A program made the position numbers and the translations under genes. The notes under the pieces were generated by a model, which did not search any database, had not been told where the DNA came from, and saw only the letters and a program-made list of their open reading frames with translations. Positions 25,662-32,302 of a stretch of DNA of 32,302 bases are shown here, in pieces (the stretch's first letter is position 1; every line of letters starts with the position of its first letter). Source of the stretch: a virus (Duplodnaviria > Caudoviricetes); the IMG/VR virus record IMGVR_UViG_3300030207_001762, positions 1 to 32,302 of that record, one strand, 5' to 3'.

Positions 25662-26028
25662 GAGCCTCTTCTAAAGTTTCTATGTATATACTATACCACC
25701 ATTCACCCTTCTGATAACGTTTACTAGCACTTAACACCACTATTTGACTATCATCGTCGTATACTACACCATTTAATGCATCACATATAGAACCAAAACA
25801 GTTCTGTAAATCCCTCTTGCGCTTATCACCAAACACTACATCCAAATGCAATCGTACTGGTTTATCTGTAACACCTATATTGTGCGCTTTCATATTGCAT
25901 ACTGCTGCTGTTGCCAATGATGCCTCAAACTCTTTTACTTGCTTTGGCTTAACTAAACGCCTACCGCATATCATCATTCTATTCTTTTTACTTGGTATCT
26001 TACCAACAACATTAATCGTAAACTTCAT
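25648..26028 (-). CDS. rusA: RusA-family Holliday junction resolvase
   Basis: PSKKN...RDLQNCFGSICDALNGVVYDDDSQIV....KRY. Confidence 0.88.
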   Translation of the reverse strand: MKFTINVVGKIPSKKNRMMICGRRLVKPKQVKEFEASLATAAVCNMKAHNIGVTDKPVRLHLDVVFGDKRKRDLQNCFGSICDALNGVVYDDDSQIVVLSASKRYQKGEWWYSIYIETLEEAHDEN

Positions 26029-27533
26029 TAGTACCTTCTATGCAAATGAGGACTTACACCACTAGTCTTTATCGCCTTGTCTGCTTTACGACTTATAATC
26101 CAATCTGGTAAAAATGCACTCTGCTTTATCTTAACACTATTTAAACACCAATATGCTAACGCCATCGCCATTGCACTATCACAGTGTGTATCCATGTCAT
26201 CACCAAACTTAAGTACTCCTTTCTCATCTACTGTTATACTTCTTAGTTCTGTTGCTGTAATGTTGTCTATCATGCAGATACTACCTGTCTGTATTCCTTT
26301 ACGTAAGTTCTCAAATACCAATGGCTTTGTCTTTGCTGTTGTTAAAAAGTCTTTGCCTGTATGACTGTCTTTCCATAACTTGTAGAATCCTTGGTACATT
26401 AACTCCTGTATTGTTGCTAATCCATAGTTGTTACTCTCTACCAACACTAATGCATTGTTGTATGTTGCACTCATGTCGTATATGTAATCTGCCAATGCTA
26501 CAGGACTTACTGTATTGCTTCTGTATATACACACTGGTTGTAATGTATTTCTGCTTACACAAAATACTACTGCATAATCTCTACCAACACCACCACTAAC
26601 ATCTACTCCTATTGCATAGGTTTCATCTGCTGTTGGCTCTGCAAATGTTGTCCACTCTGTAGGACTAACTTGTATTATCTCCATCATGTCAAAGTCTTCT
26701 GCTGTAAAGTATGTATTGCCACTAATACGATATGCTTCATCTAATGTTAACGGATACTCACGTACAAACTTTGTCCAGCCTAACTTACTTATCTTCTCTC
26801 TTCTCCAGGCTAACTGTCCTAGTGTTAATCCATAACGTTGCTGTAGTTCCTTCTCTGTATCTGTTAGTACTAATGCAATGTCTTCCATACTGTACTCTGC
26901 ATGCTTGTACCATGGGAAGAACAAGTAGTTCCAATGTGCTTCACCTATCTGATGTTTATGTATCTCTTGCCATAGTGCATCGTTGTAATAGTTTGCTGTA
27001 GACTCTATGACTAACTGTCCATCGTTCAATGCTGAGATTGCAGTAGCCTTTAGTTCTTCTGGATTCTCTGCGAATGCATACTCTGATATGTGTAGCATAC
27101 TACAAGTATATGAACGTAATCCTCCTGCCTGCGTTGCAGCAGCAGCAACAATACGACCACCACCTTCAAAGGCTAACTCTGTTGTATTGTCTATGGCTAA
27201 TGGACGCCTAAGTCCACGTGGCAAGTATTGATAGAATCGCTTGTGTATGTGTAGTAGATGCTTAGATGATGCAATCTTGTACGACAGTATGACACATGTA
27301 AGTGGTGTGCTAGCAGTGTATGCTTTCCAGAACATGTAGGCGCATACGACTGTAGAAGAACCAATCTGTCGAGGCTTGAGTATAAGTGTATCGTCGCCTT
27401 GTTCTAGTCCGTTGATAATCTCTATCTGTTCTGCATTGAGTGTAAGTGGTACAACCTTACCAGACTTATCTACAATCATAAGACGAGAGATGAACTGGAA
27501 TGGATCACTGAATATATGGGCTAGTGTTGACAT
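26028..27533 (-). CDS. terL: Terminase large subunit
   Basis: Walker A ILKPRQIGSST; Walker B LHISEYAF; coupling motif IESTAN; nuclease IGVDVSGGVGRDY, VESNN.G, HCDSAMA. Confidence 0.93.
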   Translation of the reverse strand: MSTLAHIFSDPFQFISRLMIVDKSGKVVPLTLNAEQIEIINGLEQGDDTLILKPRQIGSSTVVCAYMFWKAYTASTPLTCVILSYKIASSKHLLHIHKRFYQYLPRGLRRPLAIDNTTELAFEGGGRIVAAAATQAGGLRSYTCSMLHISEYAFAENPEELKATAISALNDGQLVIESTANYYNDALWQEIHKHQIGEAHWNYLFFPWYKHAEYSMEDIALVLTDTEKELQQRYGLTLGQLAWRREKISKLGWTKFVREYPLTLDEAYRISGNTYFTAEDFDMMEIIQVSPTEWTTFAEPTADETYAIGVDVSGGVGRDYAVVFCVSRNTLQPVCIYRSNTVSPVALADYIYDMSATYNNALVLVESNNYGLATIQELMYQGFYKLWKDSHTGKDFLTTAKTKPLVFENLRKGIQTGSICMIDNITATELRSITVDEKGVLKFGDDMDTHCDSAMAMALAYWCLNSVKIKQSAFLPDWIISRKADKAIKTSGVSPHLHRRY

Positions 27534-27540
27534 ACATAAT

Positions 27541-27564
27541 CCGTGTAGGGGGTCCCCCTAACGG
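27541..27564. repeat. GC-rich palindrome between the terminase genes
   Basis: CCGT-G-TAGGGGG-T-CCCCCTA-ACGG. Confidence 0.85.
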
Positions 27565-27694
27565 GGGGAACCCAAAGGTCATAGGTGTTGCGATTTTCCA
27601 AAAGTATAGAGCATTATACTTTAATTAATTTAACTATTGCCTTTTGTTTGTATTACTTACTTTTAACTATTATTACTATTGTTATTATTTATCT

Positions 27695-28015
27695 TTAACT
27701 ATTATTATTAATCTTGGGGTTCCCATTGGTCATAGGGGAGAACCATTGTTGCAACTCTAACATAGTAGATTCATCACTATTACCATTTGGCTTAACTATC
27801 TCCCTTGTATGTAATAGGGTCACTATTTGGTTTAAGTTGTGCCCCGTGAACGTCCTATCCTGACTATCTTGATATGTCTCCTCATGGGATAGAGTTATAT
27901 AGGCCCAAAGAAGAGACGTTATATCTCTTTCTTTTATGGCCCTACTGATCTGAGTTTTTGCGGTGCATAGACGTTTGGCTGTACTTCCTTTTGGTCTACC
28001 TCGTTTGATAGTCAT
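27695..28015 (-). CDS. Putative terminase small subunit
   Basis: First late gene, upstream of terL; RGRPKGS N-terminal motif; GAGGG SD. Confidence 0.45.
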   Translation of the reverse strand: MTIKRGRPKGSTAKRLCTAKTQISRAIKERDITSLLWAYITLSHEETYQDSQDRTFTGHNLNQIVTLLHTREIVKPNGNSDESTMLELQQWFSPMTNGNPKINNNS

Positions 28016-28243
28016 GTATTCATCCCTCTATATAGTGTTATTTATACATATATTGTAACCTATAGAAATGTATTTTATAATCTAGTGAATAGTGAAAAAT
28101 GCACTTGCACCATATGAATTACAAGATGAATTAAAAAAATATTTAAATGTAATTACATTGCTAATATGTCGATAGTACCGGAATAGTGTTGCTGTTGGTG
28201 TATAAATATCTCAATCTTTTTTCATTTATTTTTAACTTAATAC

Positions 28244-28272
28244 TTGACTATTCATTTCTAACATGGCATACT
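28244..28272 (+). promoter_or_regulatory. Early sigma70 promoter
   Basis: TTGACT, 17 nt, CATACT, with extended -10 TG at 28264-28265 and an AT-rich upstream tract. Confidence 0.65.
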
Positions 28273-28337
28273 ATAAACATGGATGGAAACAAAACATTCA
28301 TAACTGACCAACAAAACAACCAAACCAGGATACTGCA

Positions 28338-28478
28338 ATGACTACTTTCTTTGATAAAATAGAATTCATCATCATGACAGTGCTTAGTATTATGTCCATA
28401 TCTGTAATGATCGCTTTCTATACTATCCACTCACATAACCACAATAAAATAGTAAACCGTATCGAACAAAGAAAATAA
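28338..28478 (+). CDS. 46-aa single-TM early protein missing from the ORF track
   Basis: MTTFFDKIEFIIMTVLSIMSISVMIAFYTIHSHNHNKIVNRIEQRK; preceded by the same AC-rich AGGA leader as the next gene. Confidence 0.7.
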   Translation: MTTFFDKIEFIIMTVLSIMSISVMIAFYTIHSHNHNKIVNRIEQRK

Positions 28479-28510
28479 CTGACCAACAACCAACCACAGG
28501 AAATGCTGCC

Positions 28511-28822
28511 ATGACAAAAGATTATACATACAATGGACACAAAAACTATTCATGTTGGAATGTGTCACTATACATTGACAATGAGTACGAACTATACAAA
28601 GCACTTCAAGGACTACTCAACGAAAGGCTATGGACGGGTGGCTACAAGTACACCAAGGACCACATAGCCGAAATATTCCAACCATTTATGGTTAAATACT
28701 TGGCAACATGTCGCGCTTATTCACCTTGCAAGTTTGATGTGGGATACACACCTGACAACGTCAAGATAACAGTGCACCGCATCCGTCAACATCTAGTAGG
28801 TATCGAGCGCGGTAACTACTAA
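28511..28822 (+). CDS. Conserved phage early protein (YNGxxNYxxWNVxLxIDN family)
   Basis: Recognisable N-terminal motif; leader with AGGA. Confidence 0.75.
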   Translation: MTKDYTYNGHKNYSCWNVSLYIDNEYELYKALQGLLNERLWTGGYKYTKDHIAEIFQPFMVKYLATCRAYSPCKFDVGYTPDNVKITVHRIRQHLVGIERGNY

Positions 28823-28876
28823 TCAACCAAACAACCAACACATGGGGGTAGTCCGTCTACCTCCAAGGAGACCACT

Positions 28877-29137
28877 ATGACCTTTCCAAAGTACGACATT
28901 GGATCCTATCCCTTATTTTATATCGCTGACTACGAGTGTTTATGTGCGGACTGTTGCACTCAACTATTAGAAAACGGTGACGAACGATTGACACCTATCG
29001 ATGGGTCGGATGCAGACTATAACGAAGAACTATCCAGATGTATCAACTATGAGGATGCACACCTTTATTGTGACGAATGCGGCGACAGGATCGAGTCTGC
29101 ATACAATGAACACGAACACGAACACGACAACGACTAA
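28877..29137 (+). CDS. Acidic zinc-binding early protein
   Basis: G.YPLFY...CLCADC...INYED..LYCDECG.RIESAY; AAGGAG SD. Confidence 0.8.
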   Translation: MTFPKYDIGSYPLFYIADYECLCADCCTQLLENGDERLTPIDGSDADYNEELSRCINYEDAHLYCDECGDRIESAYNEHEHEHDND

Positions 29138-29158
29138 CAACCAACACAGGACAACATC

Positions 29159-29452
29159 ATGACTATACAATACGATACACTATCAACTGCCTTTCCTGAC
29201 TGTACAATAACAACCTATATAGATTGGGCAACAGTCCACCGAATACATCTAGACTCAACCAATATAGTTTGGATATGTACGGACCACAGTTACACGGCTG
29301 TATCCGGTCGAGACTGGGATGACTATGGAGATCCAAGGCCATGCAATCTTAGTACCACATGGTTCAATATGGACTATACCGACGACAAACAACTAACCAT
29401 CGATGTCATACGACACATAACAAAACTATTAAACCAACAAACAAGAGGATAA
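29159..29452 (+). CDS. Hypothetical early protein
   Basis: 97 aa; conserved leader. Confidence 0.65.
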   Translation: MTIQYDTLSTAFPDCTITTYIDWATVHRIHLDSTNIVWICTDHSYTAVSGRDWDDYGDPRPCNLSTTWFNMDYTDDKQLTIDVIRHITKLLNQQTRG

Positions 29453-29456
29453 CACC

Positions 29457-29783
29457 ATGCCATCTAACAAACTATGGTCAGCACTGACCCACTATAACGA
29501 TCTTATTATCAAATATAAACGTAAATATAAAACATACAACATACAATCATGCAACCAGCGCATATCTCCTACCATGCAGTTTCTCATGCTAGTCTGCACT
29601 CACTCATCGGACCCGACAATACATCATGCAATAACCATTGAACTGCACAGAAAACAGATCCATGATGGTCCACATAGTTGGTATGACTACAGAGTACTAG
29701 CTAGGCAGTCCGACTTTATCCCCGACGTTCACAATACCGAATGGAAAACATTAGAGGAGATAATCATAGGAGGTGACGAATGA
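29457..29783 (+). CDS. Hypothetical early protein
   Basis: 108 aa; GAGGA SD. Confidence 0.65.
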   Translation: MPSNKLWSALTHYNDLIIKYKRKYKTYNIQSCNQRISPTMQFLMLVCTHSSDPTIHHAITIELHRKQIHDGPHSWYDYRVLARQSDFIPDVHNTEWKTLEEIIIGGDE

Positions 29784-29899
29784 TCTATCTATTGAAAACA
29801 TGGGCGTTAAATACAATCGCTATCCTATTTGTATTTATATCCTGTTCATTTCCACTACTAATAACTTACGCACTCATTGCCGTGTTGCTCGGCTACTAA
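29780..29899 (+). CDS. 39-aa hydrophobic membrane peptide missing from the ORF track
   Basis: MIYLLKTWALNTIAILFVFISCSFPLLITYALIAVLLGY; AGGAGGT SD; ATGA overlap. Confidence 0.7.
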   Translation: MIYLLKTWALNTIAILFVFISCSFPLLITYALIAVLLGY

Positions 29900-29916
29900 C
29901 AACCAACGGAGAACCC

Positions 29917-30045
29917 ATGCGAACCATTACAACGCAGAACATGACCACATTTATTGGACTTATCTACGATCTAACAAAGATAGGTGTCGTATTCGAAGCA
30001 GATGCAGACATACTCACCATCACTGTAACACACGCCATTCATTAA
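29917..30045 (+). CDS. 42-aa early protein (start re-assigned from 29773)
   Basis: TAACAACCAACGGAG leader before ATG 29917. Confidence 0.65.
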   Translation: MRTITTQNMTTFIGLIYDLTKIGVVFEADADILTITVTHAIH

Positions 30046-30063
30046 CAACCACAGGAGACTATC

Positions 30064-30510
30064 ATGTCCAACTATCCAGACGACTACAACTCACACAATC
30101 AATACTGTATTAGACACAACCTATCCTATCATCCAGTGGACGGTTGCCCAGCTTGCGAGGAGGAACCTGCTATGCTTAAACACACCATACCCGAAGCCAA
30201 AGAGGCACTAGAACAAATAATCAAAGTCAGAGAATCATATGAACACCGGATCAGTGTTGTTGAGGATTTGATTTCTGACCTGCAACGAGAACTAGAGACG
30301 TTGCACTATAACCATCAGATAGTAGAGTCAATGGAGCGATCTATCGATTACGACATTGATTGCGTACTCAATGATGAGCCACCCGATGGTCACCACATTA
30401 ACGAGATGTACGATGACGAGTTCTATATGCCATCCATGTGTCCATGTGACTGTCCAACATGCAGAACCGAAGCCATTCTCAAAAAGTACGAGAAGTACGA
30501 GGAGCAGTAA
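30064..30510 (+). CDS. Coiled-coil protein flanked by two Cys/His clusters
   Basis: CIRH...H....CPAC, central heptads, CPCDCPTC; AGGAG SD. Confidence 0.7.
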   Translation: MSNYPDDYNSHNQYCIRHNLSYHPVDGCPACEEEPAMLKHTIPEAKEALEQIIKVRESYEHRISVVEDLISDLQRELETLHYNHQIVESMERSIDYDIDCVLNDEPPDGHHINEMYDDEFYMPSMCPCDCPTCRTEAILKKYEKYEEQ

Positions 30511-30513
30511 GTC

Positions 30514-31185
30514 ATGATTAAACTAACTTTGAAATACGGCAAACGTCCCATCGTGCTGCAGAATATACATGTTGCATATCCATGTAGGGATGGTGGGACA
30601 ACTGTGGTTTACCACGGTGTATCCTATGATGTGATAGAGGACTTTCAGACAGTCTCAGAAGTTTGGCACGATTCTTGCTATACTAGTAATACTGTTGTTG
30701 TTGGTAATAACAATATAAACAACAACAATAATAATACTATTAAAAAGACAGCCAACAAACGACAATGGTTTACGTATGAAGGCAATGAGGTAGACTTAGA
30801 TCCTGCCACAGACCAACGCATGATCCAAACATTCCTCACAGATGAATCATTACGGGACGTTGTACGGGTCTACATGGAACGTTTCAAGGCATCGCAGGGT
30901 CAATACCCTACCATGATTCCAAAACAGGATGTAGGTGTATTTGCGAGGATATGTAAGCAACGCATGTATGGGGAGGCAATACAAATCATTGAATGGTTAT
31001 TTGACAGTGACCACCCACGGGCAACATGGCTACGTAACAAAGGCACTATCAATGCCGCAGTGGTCCTACGCTCACAGTCATTTGCTGAATACCTGTCCTA
31101 TGCACAGATGAAACCAACCACCAAACAAACAACCAAACCAATACGCCGTACCCGTCAATACGATGAGAACGGCAACAGAATCTAA
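30514..31185 (+). CDS. Putative replication initiator-like protein
   Basis: Asn-rich linker; C-terminal IIEWLF...WL......VLR...FAEYL resembles conserved phage initiator C-terminal domains; upstream of a loader-like gene. Confidence 0.5.
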   Translation: MIKLTLKYGKRPIVLQNIHVAYPCRDGGTTVVYHGVSYDVIEDFQTVSEVWHDSCYTSNTVVVGNNNINNNNNNTIKKTANKRQWFTYEGNEVDLDPATDQRMIQTFLTDESLRDVVRVYMERFKASQGQYPTMIPKQDVGVFARICKQRMYGEAIQIIEWLFDSDHPRATWLRNKGTINAAVVLRSQSFAEYLSYAQMKPTTKQTTKPIRRTRQYDENGNRI

Positions 31186-31195
31186 GGAGAACAAC

Positions 31196-31522
31196 ATGGC
31201 TTACATATCAGTGATTAAAAACATTGCCATAACCAAATGGCAGACCATCACCCTTGAACAGGAGTATGAAGTTATGCACCACCGAATGGAGACAATACGA
31301 CAGGCTGACCTTGATGACATAAAAGATGCTGTGTACAAATCATCTAACCATCCGTACTCTAGTCTAGGACAGATGGTAAAAGAAGCGTTGGGAGAAAGGA
31401 TTCTATGTTTCGAGGTTATTGATGTACGGCTAGACAACCCCCGTCGTTCAAGGATTGCACCACACCTATCGCTTGTGAATGTAACAATAGATTTAAAAGT
31501 AAAAACACGAACGGAACTATAG
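31196..31522 (+). CDS. Hypothetical protein (start re-assigned to 31196)
   Basis: AGGAGAACAACATGGCT leader identical to that of the next gene. Confidence 0.7.
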   Translation: MAYISVIKNIAITKWQTITLEQEYEVMHHRMETIRQADLDDIKDAVYKSSNHPYSSLGQMVKEALGERILCFEVIDVRLDNPRRSRIAPHLSLVNVTIDLKVKTRTEL

Positions 31523-31531
31523 GAGAACAAC

Positions 31532-32182
31532 ATGGCTACAGATCAATGTATAGATGAAACACTACAGGTAATCAGTGCAGTGTTCAATAAGAATGCACAA
31601 TGGAGGGACACCGTGTACCACATCTGGTGGAAAACATTCCTACCTGTGGTAGACAGAGACCTAGAAACAGCACTGGATGCGTTCTGCACCAAACAATACG
31701 AGTACAAACCAAACAACCTGTTGGCTGACTTCAAGGCTGAGGTTGAAAAGCACATAAAACTATCCGGCGGTACAGGACTATCTCGCAATGAGTATGTATT
31801 GTGCGAGGACTGCATACAGTTGAACGGGATGCGTGAGGTTGTGGCTACATACATGGTACTGGAAACTGGGGAATACAAAACAAAGAAGGATTGGAAGTTG
31901 GCATGCACCTGCAAAGGGGCAATGGAAATGCATCCTAACTCAGCGACATTCACAGAGATTGAAGACAGGATGAAACAGGACAGACGAATCCATTTGAAAA
32001 ACTTTCACTTTACACATCGTGGAATGCCAGTCATGCGACAACAATACAGAGAACCAGAGCGTTGGGCACATAACCAACGTCACTTTTCCGAGGACAACAT
32101 GTACATGAAAATGGTTGAACTCTATAAGAAACAAGCACAAATGCAGGAGGTAAAAGAAAATACACCAAAGAGCATATTTTGA
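31532..32182 (+). CDS. Putative helicase loader/inhibitor (G39P / lambda P-like) with a Zn finger
   Basis: L..I.AVF......V..WW..F......L..A......Y.P....F pattern; CEDC...CTC. Confidence 0.5.
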   Translation: MATDQCIDETLQVISAVFNKNAQWRDTVYHIWWKTFLPVVDRDLETALDAFCTKQYEYKPNNLLADFKAEVEKHIKLSGGTGLSRNEYVLCEDCIQLNGMREVVATYMVLETGEYKTKKDWKLACTCKGAMEMHPNSATFTEIEDRMKQDRRIHLKNFHFTHRGMPVMRQQYREPERWAHNQRHFSEDNMYMKMVELYKKQAQMQEVKENTPKSIF

Positions 32183-32207
32183 TATGCATAATACAAACAA
32201 ATATGAT
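32179..32207 (+). promoter_or_regulatory. Sigma70 promoter for erf
   Basis: TTGATA (32179-32184), 17 nt, TATGAT (32202-32207). Confidence 0.6.
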
Positions 32208-32302
32208 ACAATACTATTACATTAAACACAATAACACATGGGGAAAACATGTCTAATCAAACAATCTATCAAGCAATCTTACAGTTTCAACGAAATAGTG
32301 AT
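32203..32302. repeat. Terminal direct repeat, copy 2
   Basis: Matches 1-100 except at position 32301. Confidence 0.97.

Noticed and set aside
26028-27533. Deviant Walker B (HISE) and HCD motif as signs of an inactive terminase
   Set aside because: HxSE variants are common in this terminase group, and the ORF is intact with the other motifs present
2449-27561. Numerous + strand ORFs of the track inside the late arm (e.g. 2449-2934, 6414-6962, 24157-24792)
   Set aside because: Antisense shadows of real genes, with no SDs or motifs
29773-30045. 90-aa ORF as called
   Set aside because: Better explained by two genes, 29780-29899 and 29917-30045, each with an SD
32203-32302. Biological terminal repeat
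   Set aside because: A 100-nt overlap cutting into erf fits assembler circularisation better; it does not mark physical ends
1-32302. Alternative genetic code or stop-codon readthrough
   Set aside because: Standard code 11 gives dense, tightly coupled ORFs using all three stop codons

Overview
The window is an apparently complete ~32.2 kb tailed dsDNA phage genome. Bases 1-100 recur at 32203-32302 (99/100 identical), implying a circular or circularly permuted unit of 32,202 bp. It has two divergent arms. The + strand early/replication arm (28338-32182, continuing across the junction to 1172) carries small unknown genes behind repeated AC-rich leaders, a putative replication initiator, a putative helicase loader, an ERF recombinase and two XRE-HTH genes. 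The - strand late arm (28015 down to 1216) carries TerS?, TerL, RusA, portal, an FmdB-like Zn ribbon, scaffold, a T7-type amidase, major capsid, decoration protein, podovirus-like tail proteins, three probable ejection proteins (largest 2089 aa), a repeat-rich fibre, a holin-like gene and very basic small proteins. I saw no integrase, DNA polymerase, primase, helicase, tRNA, CRISPR array or reverse transcriptase. Several small genes missing from the ORF track were read by hand (1216-1386, 22869-23024, 28338-28478, 29780-29899). Near-consensus sigma70 promoters and intrinsic terminators are visible. All protein assignments come from motif recognition and synteny, not database searches. I found no unmistakable new system. 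The best leads are a FlbD/SwrD-like domain fused to the replication protein, a set of histone/protamine-like late proteins, a regulated and structured capsid leader, a shared FxFQPS motif in the ejection proteins, and a GC palindrome between the terminase genes.
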